Below, one piece after another: positions 27,530-39,974 of a stretch of DNA of 64,000 nt. The stretch is from sequence record NC_028950.1; one strand, 5' to 3'. The position numbers and the translations under genes were made by a program. The number at the start of each line of letters is the position of its first letter. The first letter of the stretch is position 1. The notes under the pieces are model-generated. The model was not told where the DNA came from, made no database searches, and saw only the letters and a list, made by a program, of their open reading frames with translations.

Positions 27530-27848
27530 CGCTCTGCGCCTTCTTGTTCAGCTCGTCGACCTTTTTGGCGACTTGAGCCTTCCATTCGCGCAGACCTGCT
27601 TTGTCGGCGTGTTCCTTACCGATCACGTTCAGGAGATCCGTGGAGTACTGAGTCCACATCGCTTCCTTGGCGTCGCAGGACAGCTTGCTGTACTCGATCG
27701 ACGTGTACGGCGGAGCCGGTGTCGAGTTGTCCTGAAGCAGGTTATCGTTGGGGGTCATGATCGCATATTTGTCGCGGTACTGCACCGTCGTGCAACCGCT
27801 CAGGCCGACTGCCGCGATCATCGCAGCCAGCAAGATCTTCTTCTTCAT
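27510..27848 (-). CDS. o-spanin (Rz1-like lipoprotein)
   Basis: Lipoprotein signal MKKKILLAAMIAAVGLSG-C; overlaps the i-spanin stop by 4 nt. Confidence 0.7.
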   Translation of the reverse strand: MKKKILLAAMIAAVGLSGCTTVQYRDKYAIMTPNDNLLQDNSTPAPPYTSIEYSKLSCDAKEAMWTQYSTDLLNVIGKEHADKAGLREWKAQVAKKVDELNKKAQSDGNASN

Positions 27849-28342
27849 TTTTGAGGTCCCTCGCCTTGTACTTCGCTAGCAGCCGATGTCGGGAGAGCGG
27901 CAGCTGCTCGTGCTTTGCACTGGTCATTGGAAGGCTCCACGTTACAGAACGTATCCCACACGCTATCCATGCGGGCGACCGAGATTTGCTCCGTTTGTTG
28001 AACGGGATCTTTCACAGTCTGTTTGATCGTGGCTTCCTTCTTTTGCAGCGTGTTGCGGACGACCACAGCCGAAGCTGCGAGGTCTTCCTTTTGTTGTGTG
28101 GTGACAGTCTGTGCCGCATCGTTGGCATGAGCGCCAGTATCAGCGACCACGAGGTTTTGCTTCTCCTCGTGCACCTGTTCTTGCGAGACGGCGATTTTCT
28201 GCACGTCTTTGATGTGTTGCTTGTAGAGGAAGTACGCCCCGATGCACATGGCGAGGAGAACCCCACCAATTGCACAGTACAACCCCATCTTGATACCCTT
28301 GACTGCTGGGACGGCGTCTTCTACGACTTCTTCAATTCCCAT
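27845..28342 (-). CDS. i-spanin (Rz-like)
   Basis: N-terminal TM helix followed by a predicted coiled-coil periplasmic domain, upstream of the lipoprotein gene. Confidence 0.65.
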   Translation of the reverse strand: MGIEEVVEDAVPAVKGIKMGLYCAIGGVLLAMCIGAYFLYKQHIKDVQKIAVSQEQVHEEKQNLVVADTGAHANDAAQTVTTQQKEDLAASAVVVRNTLQKKEATIKQTVKDPVQQTEQISVARMDSVWDTFCNVEPSNDQCKARAAAALPTSAASEVQGEGPQK

Positions 28343-28913
28343 GATTCAACTCTCTTTTTAAGGAACAATAGGCGACAGCAAGTGAGTCGACCGCATTGTT
28401 ATCCATGGCGTCTATATCACCTACCAGAACATCCATGATCTCAGGTATTTTTTTAATTGCTTCAGTCATGGCGTGTTTCTCACCACTATTACCCTTAACA
28501 CCCACGGCATTCTTGATGCTCGATGGATCAATGCGCTCCAGGCACATGTAAGGGTTATAGGCGTGAACTTCCTGCTCCGTCATGTACAAACACTCAGCCA
28601 GAGGAATGACTGCACCAGGCATTCTCGGGTTGATATACGGATGCTCAGAAGCGATGGCCATTGGGCGTTCTTTCTTGAACAAAGCCCTCTGGTACATCCG
28701 AAACGCCTGAAGCTTCAGATAGCGCAGGTTCTGGTATTGGAAGTGAGGGCTGCGTTTAGCCATCTTCTCCAGATTCAGAGCGACGGCCGTAGCACGAACA
28801 ATTACTCTCGCTTCGACGTCATAGTGGAGTAAGCCAACCCCGGGAAACGATGTCCCGGGGTCGAAGCCTACGAACTTGACAATACCATCCCCATCGTGCG
28901 GGATGTGAAGCAT
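28332..28913 (-). CDS. ruvC: RuvC-like Holliday junction resolvase
   Basis: VGFDPG, ASEHPY, PSSIKNAVG, NNAVDSLAVAY (RNase H-like D/E/D arrangement). Confidence 0.8.
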   Translation of the reverse strand: MLHIPHDGDGIVKFVGFDPGTSFPGVGLLHYDVEARVIVRATAVALNLEKMAKRSPHFQYQNLRYLKLQAFRMYQRALFKKERPMAIASEHPYINPRMPGAVIPLAECLYMTEQEVHAYNPYMCLERIDPSSIKNAVGVKGNSGEKHAMTEAIKKIPEIMDVLVGDIDAMDNNAVDSLAVAYCSLKRELNHGN

Positions 28914-28916
28914 GGG

Positions 28917-29771
28917 TTAGGCGTTCACGCCTTCCAGTTGGAAGAGCGGTTCGCTGATGCCCAGTTCCAGGTTGTCCGTGAGCGACTCGTTGATGTAGTC
29001 GAGCGGGTACATTGCCTGGACGAACGTGGCGACTTGCACGCCGACAGCTTCGGTGAACGGGAAAGTGCCCGTACCCGACTGAGCCTGGATGACTTGGTCG
29101 TAGCCGGTACAGAGCGCCAGTTCCGACACGATCGCGCGACCCGACTGCTGGGTGATGATCTGCGAAGCTGCGCGGATTTCGTTGATGTCGAACGAATCCA
29201 GCGGAAGACCGATGATCGTCGAAGCCAGCACCGAGTAACCAGCCAGCAGGTTGGTGCCCGATTCCGTCAGATCCGTCGGCACCGGGTTCAGCGTCGATTC
29301 GTCCGGCACCACGTCTTGCACGTTGGTCGTACCGTCGTCGAGCGTTTGCTTCAGGAACAGGTCGGTGTCGGCCTGCGAGAAGTCCACGCGCTTGATCCAG
29401 TACGCCCAGTACGGTGTGCCGTTGTACTCGACTTGCTGACGAATCGCGTAGCGGGCGCGATACTGAGCCGGCAGGTCGTTGTCGAGCAGACGCAGGCTGA
29501 ACGGCATGTGGTTGAAGAGCGCACCGTCGTTCGACTTGTGCTGGAGGATCTTCGGGTACGTCTGACCGTCAGCACCGGTTTGCATGCCGAGACCACCACG
29601 ACCCAAGGCGATGTAGCCGAGCTTCGGATAGACGCCAGCACCCGGGTACTGCTGAGCCAGGGTGTTGAACTTCTCGTTCAGCGTGGTGTATTTCAACCAC
29701 TTGTAAGCTGAGCCTCGGACCATTGCGGATTGCAGTGCCGAGAACCACAGCGTGCGGGTTACGTGTTCCAT
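28917..29771 (-). CDS. phiKZ-like virion structural protein
   Basis: TTLNEKF..YPKLGYIALGRGG..QH..ND.ALFNHMPF.LR...NDL motifs; same position next to baseplate and portal genes as in phiKZ-like phages. Confidence 0.7.
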   Translation of the reverse strand: MEHVTRTLWFSALQSAMVRGSAYKWLKYTTLNEKFNTLAQQYPGAGVYPKLGYIALGRGGLGMQTGADGQTYPKILQHKSNDGALFNHMPFSLRLLDNDLPAQYRARYAIRQQVEYNGTPYWAYWIKRVDFSQADTDLFLKQTLDDGTTNVQDVVPDESTLNPVPTDLTESGTNLLAGYSVLASTIIGLPLDSFDINEIRAASQIITQQSGRAIVSELALCTGYDQVIQAQSGTGTFPFTEAVGVQVATFVQAMYPLDYINESLTDNLELGISEPLFQLEGVNA

Positions 29772-29794
29772 GAGTGACCTGTCAAAGGGTGAGG

Positions 29795-31996
29795 TTACGA
29801 TTCAAACAATGAGGTTTTTTGATCAGCAGTCAGGGCCATATATTGGTCCATGCCGAGGATCGGTTGAAGCGGAGTGCCGGACGTATCAGGCAGATTGACC
29901 AGAGCAAATTCAACACGGCTCAGATTGAACTTGTGCTGATGGATCTGACCACGATCAGGTTCATGCGGACCATTACGCAAGTCCACGTAGATCGTGCCTC
30001 GGCCATACACCTTGTGTGACAGAATCGTCGAGAAGATGTTCAGTCCAAAGCTTTCGTTATTGACGATGTCGGTTTTCTGACTGATCACGTCGACTGCGCC
30101 AAGACGCATGTATTCGTGACCTTCGCCATCGATTTTCTGATCGCCAACTCGGACGCTAGGCAGATCAGTCATGATGGTTTCATCGTCTGCCATTTGCGTG
30201 ACCACCTGGATGGTGTAGCTCGACAGATCGATGAGGGCATTTGCCATCGCCTTCTGGATGTTACGCAGACTCGGAGCAGTCACAAGTGACTTACCCAAAG
30301 CAGCGCCTACCAAAGACGCATAAAGCAAACCGAATTCGTCTTGAGACAGCGTATCGAAGTTCAGGTTCAGGCCCAAGAGCCATTCACTGTACGTCGTGCC
30401 TTCCGGTTCCAGTCGTACGTAAGCATCTCCGTAGAAACGCTCGACATACTTGAAGACTTCTGCCCGGTCTTGCATGCCTTCCTGATACGCCACGAGATTG
30501 CGCTGGAAGTTAGCAGACTTGAAGATTCCGTCCGTGTAAGCGTAGAACGCATCGATCGAAATCATCGGAGTCGCTTCGACCACATACTTCTTGGCTGTGT
30601 TCCATGCGAAGTCATCGACGTACGTCATATCGACACCCTTCTTGAGATCAGCATCCGAGGGAATCGGATAACGCTGAACCCGTTGAGCGCCGAGCAACGG
30701 AATCACAGGCTGATCGAATCCGTACTGTTTGTACATGCAATAGGTCGCCAGAATGTAAGCGTCCTTCACAGTCAGAACAATACGTTCGCTCGTCTTCGGA
30801 TTCTGTACGTTGACGATTGCCGAATACAGTCCCTTGGAAGCGTAGTACAGCCAATGTGCCACCTGGACATCTTCGAGCTTGTACGTCTGAGCGCCAGAGT
30901 AATCGACCATCGCCGATTCCAGCAGCTTCGTCTGAACCACGTTGGACGGACTGTCCTTTAAGAACTGAGTGATGCCGTCTTGTCCGTACGTGATCTCGTC
31001 GAGGTTATCGGGTGCCAGATTGTCTTCCTTGGCGAGGAAGGTCGGCACGTTGATATATTCAGGCGCACCAGAGGACGGAATGACCGTCATGTCAGTACGC
31101 TTGAACGTGACGTCGGCATAAATGTTTTCCGTCACATTGGTCGTGTCGTGTCGCATCGTGTAATCGGCCAGCGGAAGATTCCGCTTGGTCATCAGAGCGT
31201 CGACGAGTTTGTCCAGTGTGTCGTTGGCACCCGGATGGCGCTGGTAATACAGGATGTTCCTGTAGAAGTGCATCGCCTGTTCCAGATTCATGAACTGATA
31301 ATACTGACCCAGATTCGAATTGGATGCCAGATAGTTACTGACGTAGAAGCTGTGAGCTTCGATCGTCTTGTGTCGCTTCAAGCGCTCGGTCAGGATCAAC
31401 GGCACGAGCATCATGTAGTAAATCGACATGACGACGCCGTAATACAGACTGTCCGAAATGTTATACTGCTCGTTGTAATAGCGCTTGAAATAAATGGTCG
31501 TCCAGTCCTGCAACGAGTTAACGAGCGTGTACTCATTGGACTCGATTGCGTTAACCGGGTAGCCCAGTATTGTATGGTCAGGGGCGGCTATAGCAGTCGC
31601 CTTATCAACCGGATATAGTACCCCCAGAATGACATCTTCCTGAGTAGGATACTTGGCGAGAAGCTCGCCATATTGCCGCGTACCGAACTGGTAATCGCGC
31701 GCAGTGTTCTTGTGAATGCGAAGATTCGCCGTGGTGAAGTCGATCACTTCCAGATTGTCGGAAGAAACGACTTGCATCATGGTGTCCGTCGGATGGTACT
31801 CGCCTGCCAGATTCATGTAGTACTTCCATGTTTCCGGCTTATCCGCGTCTGTTTCGTATTCTTGGAATTGGAGAAGTCTGTCATTCACGCGCTGTGCCAC
31901 GTACTCGGACTTGATAATCAAAGTCTGAGCCAATGTCAGCACGCTATTGAGATAGACCTGAAATGAATTATCGCTCACGGTAGGTATCCATGTCAT
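29795..31996 (-). CDS. phiKZ-like virion structural protein (baseplate-type, gp128-like)
   Basis: WKYYMNLAGEYHPTD.MM.V.S.D motif; divergent from the portal gene as in phiKZ-like synteny. Confidence 0.7.
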   Translation of the reverse strand: MTWIPTVSDNSFQVYLNSVLTLAQTLIIKSEYVAQRVNDRLLQFQEYETDADKPETWKYYMNLAGEYHPTDTMMQVVSSDNLEVIDFTTANLRIHKNTARDYQFGTRQYGELLAKYPTQEDVILGVLYPVDKATAIAAPDHTILGYPVNAIESNEYTLVNSLQDWTTIYFKRYYNEQYNISDSLYYGVVMSIYYMMLVPLILTERLKRHKTIEAHSFYVSNYLASNSNLGQYYQFMNLEQAMHFYRNILYYQRHPGANDTLDKLVDALMTKRNLPLADYTMRHDTTNVTENIYADVTFKRTDMTVIPSSGAPEYINVPTFLAKEDNLAPDNLDEITYGQDGITQFLKDSPSNVVQTKLLESAMVDYSGAQTYKLEDVQVAHWLYYASKGLYSAIVNVQNPKTSERIVLTVKDAYILATYCMYKQYGFDQPVIPLLGAQRVQRYPIPSDADLKKGVDMTYVDDFAWNTAKKYVVEATPMISIDAFYAYTDGIFKSANFQRNLVAYQEGMQDRAEVFKYVERFYGDAYVRLEPEGTTYSEWLLGLNLNFDTLSQDEFGLLYASLVGAALGKSLVTAPSLRNIQKAMANALIDLSSYTIQVVTQMADDETIMTDLPSVRVGDQKIDGEGHEYMRLGAVDVISQKTDIVNNESFGLNIFSTILSHKVYGRGTIYVDLRNGPHEPDRGQIHQHKFNLSRVEFALVNLPDTSGTPLQPILGMDQYMALTADQKTSLFES

Positions 31997-34900
31997 CCAG
32001 CGTTAAAATCGTCGAAAACGTCACGAACGTTTCCAATGGCAAAAAGCTGCCTGTCCTGGAATTCGTTCGAACTCATAAGCCACTCGCGGCTGCGATCAGT
32101 AAGGCTACGCCTGGTACGGATCGGGTAACGCGAGACGGTCAGGGCAACCGCAAGGTAAGCTCACCTGACTATGCTTCGATGATCAGCGTTCACCGCACGA
32201 TCAGTCGTCGTAACAAAGATGCGAAAATGACTTTCCAGATGTTGCCGGATTTGAAGCTGGCAATGGAAATGGTCATCTCGCTTATCATGTCGCCCAAAGA
32301 CATGTTCAGTGATGAGGTTCTCATCCTGTCGGATTCGTCTGAACTCCTGCCTGCATCGCTGATGTCTTCGATGCTGCAAGTGACAACGGATTACTTCAAG
32401 AAGAACCACAACCTGACAGAGTTCATTCAGCACATGCTCGAAGAGACTCTCGGCCTGCAAGGCGCTTTGCCTGTGGCCGTGATTCCCGAGAATGCGCTGG
32501 ACGATCTCATCAACAACTACAATACGAACCTGTCGCTGGAGAAGTTCAGTACCGAGTTCGATGTTGAGAGAAATATCCCCCATCCCCTGGGCATGCTTGG
32601 TGTACCAGACTATCTGACACCACGAGTAAATAATACACGTCCGGTTTCGGGCCGTATGAAGTTTGGCTCGAAGGTGTCGTTTGACCTGCAGTCGTACGAG
32701 ACGTATCGGTCGATGAATTCGAGCAAGCCCACCTCGGCTACCTCGGGTATCGCCTTCTCGAAACTCTTCAACGACAAGGTCGACGAAAAAGAGAAAGACA
32801 AGCCCTGGACGTTCAAAATCCCTGAAGGCATGTCGGCTACTCCCGGCTCGGAAGGGAACGGAAACGAAATCGACGCAGACAATCTGTGTTTCGTGACGGA
32901 TAACATTTCCATCCTGAAACTGCCTGCGATGAAGGAACAGGCACGTGGTCAGCGCGTTCATGAAGTCCTGAAAAAGCGCGGCTACAACAAGTTCCAGGCA
33001 TCGCTCGAATCGATGACGCTCGCGTTGTCGAAAAAGCAAAAAGAAATCATCAAGACCGATGCAGAAAAGCAAGGCCGCACTCTCGCCGATAGCGAAGTGG
33101 AAAGCCTGCTCTTCAAGAACCGTCGGTTTGCACATACGCCGGTTGCTGCATTGCGTACGAACGGTAACCTGAAACGGAACTCGATCGGCGAAGCCATGAT
33201 CAAAGAGTTCGACACGGCCTGCTTCATGCCTGTGTCCGTTGAAGGCGACCCCACTCGTAAGCTTGGTGGTTTCATCATGCTCGATGAGGATGGTTATCCT
33301 CTCACCACGCATAACGCAGATCCGGAAGAGATCGTTGACCTCTCCACCTACGCTGGTGGTTCGGGCAATTTCGTCTCCAGCATGAATGATCGTTCGAATT
33401 CGATCATGAATGGCAAGACGACTGAGGGCGTGTCACAGTTCATGCTCAAAAAGTTCTTCAACCGTGCATTTGCGGAAATGGTCGAGAAAGATCTGATCGA
33501 CCGCGTGAAGAACGGTCAGTACGACAACGGCGTTCAGCTGGCTTCGAACGAAGACTTTTACTGGCTGATGTTCACCCGCTGCATGAAGGGTCAGCGTACC
33601 CATCTGCTGTGGCTGCCGAACGAGTTCCTGGTGTACTTTGCACTGGACTACGACGAGATGGGCTTCGGTAAGAGCCTGCTGGACGACATCCGCAACATCA
33701 CCAGCATGCGTATCATGCTGATGGTCTCGGGTATCGCAGCTTCGCTTCGTAACTCGATTGGCCGAACCAAGGTGACCGTCAAGCTGGATGAGGACGATCC
33801 CGATGCTGAAAAGTCCATCGAAGACATCCAGGATGAAATCCTGAAGAGTCGAATGAACCCCATCCCGTTCGGTATCAACAACGTGGCGGATATTTCCAAG
33901 TATCTGCAACGTTCGTGCTATGAATTCGAGATCTCGGGTTCGAGCGCTATTCCGGACATGCAGGTTCAGTTCGAGCAATACAACTCGCAGTATCCGAAGC
34001 CCGATGAAGATCTGGTCAACCAGTTGAAGGAACTGTCGATCCATCACTTCGGTCTGACCAAAGACATGATCGATGCGGCTGAAGGTGTGGACTTCGCGAT
34101 TCAAGCGGCGACCAACAACCTGATGACCATGAAGCGCGTGCAGCGCTGGCAGCGTAAGGTTGAACCTCTCGCATCGGAATACGTTCGCAAAGTTGCATTG
34201 GCGAGCGAAAAGCAAATCGATGACCTGCGTGCGCTGGTCAGCAACAACTTCAAACAACTGCAAGTTGAAAAGGTCAAGCGTTACTTCGATCTGAAGGACG
34301 ATTCCCTGCTCAACGATGAAGACTTCAAGAAGCTCGTCACCGAGCAATGCCTGAACGTCTTCCTGAACAATCTGAAAGTCGAATTGCCTTCGCCGGCAGC
34401 TACGACCCTGGAAGCTCAGAAACAGCAGTTCACCGATGCAGCCGAGTTCTACAAGGATGCAATCGATTACATCATCAACGAGTCCTTCTTCGATACGTCT
34501 GTCATGGGCGAAGAGATGAATGGTCACGTGGATATGATCAAAAACATTATCCTGTCGCATTACATGCGCGAATACATGGCGAAGAACGCTATTCTTCCCG
34601 AACTCGCAGATCTCACCACGATCGGCGAAGATGGCAAGATCGCAATCAACGTCATGGATAGCCTGGAGCAGCACATCAAGGCTCTCGGCATGTCGACGGG
34701 TAACTTCTTCAAGCGCTTCAAGCAATTCGCCCAACTCCAGACTTCCCTCATGCAGGGCGTGGGTGAATCCAGCACATCTGGTGAGATGGATACCGGCGGC
34801 AGCGGTGGTGGCGATAGCGGCGGAGGAGATGACTTTGGTGGCGGTGGTGACGACGATTTCGGTCTGGGCGGGGATGATGATTCCGGCTTGGGTGGAGGCG

Positions 34901-35013
34901 ACGACACCGGCGGCACTGATGATTCGGGTAACTCCGATGAAGACAGTGGTTCTACGGACGATTCTGGTTCTGGCGATGGAAATGCCAACCCGGATGAAAA
35001 CGAAGAATCCTAA
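31990..35013 (+). CDS. Portal protein (phiKZ gp129-like)
   Basis: QMLPDL.LA...VISLIMSPKDM, G.GKSLLDD, SIG.T...V.LDE.DPD motifs; Gly/Asp-rich C-terminal tail. Confidence 0.75.
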   Translation: MSSSVKIVENVTNVSNGKKLPVLEFVRTHKPLAAAISKATPGTDRVTRDGQGNRKVSSPDYASMISVHRTISRRNKDAKMTFQMLPDLKLAMEMVISLIMSPKDMFSDEVLILSDSSELLPASLMSSMLQVTTDYFKKNHNLTEFIQHMLEETLGLQGALPVAVIPENALDDLINNYNTNLSLEKFSTEFDVERNIPHPLGMLGVPDYLTPRVNNTRPVSGRMKFGSKVSFDLQSYETYRSMNSSKPTSATSGIAFSKLFNDKVDEKEKDKPWTFKIPEGMSATPGSEGNGNEIDADNLCFVTDNISILKLPAMKEQARGQRVHEVLKKRGYNKFQASLESMTLALSKKQKEIIKTDAEKQGRTLADSEVESLLFKNRRFAHTPVAALRTNGNLKRNSIGEAMIKEFDTACFMPVSVEGDPTRKLGGFIMLDEDGYPLTTHNADPEEIVDLSTYAGGSGNFVSSMNDRSNSIMNGKTTEGVSQFMLKKFFNRAFAEMVEKDLIDRVKNGQYDNGVQLASNEDFYWLMFTRCMKGQRTHLLWLPNEFLVYFALDYDEMGFGKSLLDDIRNITSMRIMLMVSGIAASLRNSIGRTKVTVKLDEDDPDAEKSIEDIQDEILKSRMNPIPFGINNVADISKYLQRSCYEFEISGSSAIPDMQVQFEQYNSQYPKPDEDLVNQLKELSIHHFGLTKDMIDAAEGVDFAIQAATNNLMTMKRVQRWQRKVEPLASEYVRKVALASEKQIDDLRALVSNNFKQLQVEKVKRYFDLKDDSLLNDEDFKKLVTEQCLNVFLNNLKVELPSPAATTLEAQKQQFTDAAEFYKDAIDYIINESFFDTSVMGEEMNGHVDMIKNIILSHYMREYMAKNAILPELADLTTIGEDGKIAINVMDSLEQHIKALGMSTGNFFKRFKQFAQLQTSLMQGVGESSTSGEMDTGGSGGGDSGGGDDFGGGGDDDFGLGGDDDSGLGGGDDTGGTDDSGNSDEDSGSTDDSGSGDGNANPDENEES

Positions 35014-35031
35014 AAAACGAAAGCATAGTTT

Positions 35032-35059
35032 CCATGGAGAGGCCGAAGCCTCTCCATGG
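35032..35059. terminator. Hairpin between convergent genes
   Basis: CCATGGAGAGGC-cgaa-GCCTCTCCATGG (UUCG loop on the minus strand). Confidence 0.75.
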
Positions 35060-35069
35060 TTTTATGCCG

Positions 35070-35780
35070 TCAGCTTGGCGTGAAGTTGCTTGTGTACTTT
35101 GCAGTACCGATCGTGAGGATCGTTTTGTCGAAATGACCGTTGATAGGACCATAGCAAGCCGTGAGGTTGCCTTGGTACATACAGCCAATCGCTTGAACGC
35201 CACCTGGGAAGATGAGGTTCGTTTTTGTGGTTTCTGTCCCACTGGCTTTTTGGATTCCGTTGAGGAAGATCCGATAAGTATTACCAGCACGACTCAAAGC
35301 CATGTGGAACCATGCAGCTGCCGGAACCGTACCATCTGTCTGAGTGAGGTTAAGGATGTTAGGTCCAATCTGACTGGTGCCTATTCCGAACCACAGATTC
35401 GCTCCACCATAGACGTGGAAGTTTGCATAGAGGCTGCTTCCCGTACTCGTGCCCATATTCAGGAAGCGTCCATTGTCGCTTCCAATAACTGGCAGATAGC
35501 ACCACGACTCAAGCGTATAGTCTTGAAGCCCAGGCTGGAGTTCAGGATAAGATGAATAAGCGTAGTAAAGTCCAGCAGCGCCTTGTGATCCGTAAAAGAG
35601 GCCGGAACTCGAACCGTACTTAGGCGGAAGAGTTGTATCGATCGTCGTCTTACTAAAGATCGTGGTCGGAGTCCGACCTCCGGCAGAATCCAAGAAAGTC
35701 TGACTGCCGTTTGCTCCTTCATAATCCAGCTGAAGGATCTTTGAATTCAGTTTCTTTTTTAAAAGCATCACGGCAAGCAT
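35070..35780 (-). CDS. LamG/concanavalin A-like lectin-domain protein
   Basis: LQLDYEGANGSQTFLD, DYTLESWCY, WFHMALSR.GNTYRIFLNG, GHFDK..LT.G.AKYTSNFTP. Confidence 0.78.
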   Translation of the reverse strand: MLAVMLLKKKLNSKILQLDYEGANGSQTFLDSAGGRTPTTIFSKTTIDTTLPPKYGSSSGLFYGSQGAAGLYYAYSSYPELQPGLQDYTLESWCYLPVIGSDNGRFLNMGTSTGSSLYANFHVYGGANLWFGIGTSQIGPNILNLTQTDGTVPAAAWFHMALSRAGNTYRIFLNGIQKASGTETTKTNLIFPGGVQAIGCMYQGNLTACYGPINGHFDKTILTIGTAKYTSNFTPS

Positions 35781-35848
35781 ATGGCGCCCTGTTAATCGAA
35801 TGTCACAGGATTTACTCTCTTAGTCAGAAGCAAAAAAAAATAGTAGAG

Positions 35849-35880
35849 ATTACAGGATGGGCGAATGCCCATCCTGTAAT
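35849..35880 (-). terminator. Rho-independent terminator (minus strand)
   Basis: ATTACAGGATGGGC-gaat-GCCCATCCTGTAAT with an A9 run to its left (U-tract on minus). Confidence 0.75.
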
Positions 35881-36278
35881 TATGCCAGACTCAAGACATG
35901 TTTGATCATCTCGATATCAGAGATATCTTTCTGACGATTCAACTTCAACTTCAATTGAAGAATACTTTCCAATGATTGAATATTGAACCCTTCGAATACC
36001 CAATCGCATTCATGTGCCGTATCCCTCATGTCCATCGTTTCACCGACGACCCACATTACTTTAGGATCTTCTTTCACGACATACTTTTCAAAGTCTCCCG
36101 TATTCAGAAGTCTTTTACAAGTTTCCGTATTGACATACAGATCGATATCCTGAGCATTCGGTCTCAAACCTCTCAAGACCAATGATGCTCCTCCCAAGAC
36201 CTGAATTTCCGACTTATTGATTTCGTATTGATCGACGAAATTGTTCAGTTCTTGAATGATTTGTTTCTTATTCAGCAT
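35880..36278 (-). CDS. Minimal nucleotidyltransferase-like protein
   Basis: VLGGASLVLRGLRPNAQDIDL (GG..DxD) and KL.LNR.KD..D; AT-rich. Confidence 0.6.
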   Translation of the reverse strand: MLNKKQIIQELNNFVDQYEINKSEIQVLGGASLVLRGLRPNAQDIDLYVNTETCKRLLNTGDFEKYVVKEDPKVMWVVGETMDMRDTAHECDWVFEGFNIQSLESILQLKLKLNRQKDISDIEMIKHVLSLA

Positions 36279-36346
36279 TTTCAAAGTCCTTCGTTGGGGA
36301 AATTCACCAGAGTTATATATCGGTGATTAAATCTAAAAGCAAAAAA

Positions 36347-36374
36347 ATATGGATGGGCGAAAGCCCATCCATAT
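36347..36374 (-). terminator. Rho-independent terminator after ligA (minus strand)
   Basis: ATATGGATGGGC-gaaa-GCCCATCCATAT with an A-run to its left. Confidence 0.75.
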
Positions 36375-36376
36375 CG

Positions 36377-39057
<2,681 letters not shown>

Positions 39058-39067
39058 GAAGTTCCCC

Positions 39068-39709
39068 TTAGGACAGAATGATGCCGGCCGCCGCCGCCGA
39101 ATCGCGAGCAGCTTGCGAAGAACGATGCGCTTCACGTTCTGCGCTGACGCGTTCGAATTCTTCCTTCGACACCTGCTTGCCGTCGACGACGTAGTTCGCT
39201 TCTTGCTCCGTTTCGCTGCCGTCGATTTTGCGCTGAGCACGCAGGAACGAAGCTTGCTCGAACACGTTGGTGTCCGGGTACATTTGGCGAAGCGATTCCG
39301 CGAAGTCACGCAGGAGCGAGACTGCGAATACTTCTTCGATCGTCGACTTTTGCAGATCCTTGTTGAGATCGATGATCGTCTCGTGCGCCAGCTTGATCTG
39401 GTCCTTGACGTTCTTCACGCCATCGAACAGATGCGGGATTTCGTTGTAGGCCATCAGAACCGAGGCCGCCTGGATCAGGTCGGTCAGGCGCTTGATTTCC
39501 AGATCGCACTTCTGGACCTTCTGGACCTGTTCTTGCAGTTCCATCTGGTTCGGACGAGCGATCACGCTCGCTTGCATCTTGCCGAACTTCAGAAGTTCTT
39601 CTGCGCGACGGTTGATCCAGTCACGCGCACGATGCGTGTACAGCTGGCGAGCTTCTTCGAGCTTCGTGATTTCGGCGTTCGTGAAGTGCGGCTTGTTATT
39701 TTCGGACAT
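39068..39709 (-). CDS. Hypothetical coiled-coil protein
   Basis: 213 aa, strong codon bias, heptad-rich. Confidence 0.7.
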   Translation of the reverse strand: MSENNKPHFTNAEITKLEEARQLYTHRARDWINRRAEELLKFGKMQASVIARPNQMELQEQVQKVQKCDLEIKRLTDLIQAASVLMAYNEIPHLFDGVKNVKDQIKLAHETIIDLNKDLQKSTIEEVFAVSLLRDFAESLRQMYPDTNVFEQASFLRAQRKIDGSETEQEANYVVDGKQVSKEEFERVSAEREAHRSSQAARDSAAAAGIILS

Positions 39710-39968
39710 TTGCTTGAGATTCCAGTTGTTTGTAACGTTTTACAAGTTTACGAGAGAAACGTCCCATCACAGCAGCCCAGTGCTCTTCAGGAACGATTTC
39801 GAACATGTACTGCACGGCGTAACGATACTGCGTCAGCGCCGCAGGCCGAGTCATTGCTTCATGAAACGGAAAGCGGCGCAGGACTGCATCTTCGTGGGTG
39901 CCGTTGTGAAGCTGCGTCATCGTGACGTCATGGTCGGCGATCCCGCCGATGAGCCCGCGCCCCATCAT
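39696..39968 (-). CDS. Hypothetical protein
   Basis: 90-aa ORF with AAGGAGG RBS, packed into the operon. Confidence 0.55.
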   Translation of the reverse strand: MMGRGLIGGIADHDVTMTQLHNGTHEDAVLRRFPFHEAMTRPAALTQYRYAVQYMFEIVPEEHWAAVMGRFSRKLVKRYKQLESQANVRK

Positions 39969-39974
39969 GCCTCC

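Noticed and set aside
34790-34990. GGT/GGC/GAT-rich low-complexity DNA at the end of the portal gene
   Set aside because: It encodes a Gly/Asp-rich disordered tail in frame, as is usual for phiKZ-like portal and head proteins. It is not a separate repeat element.
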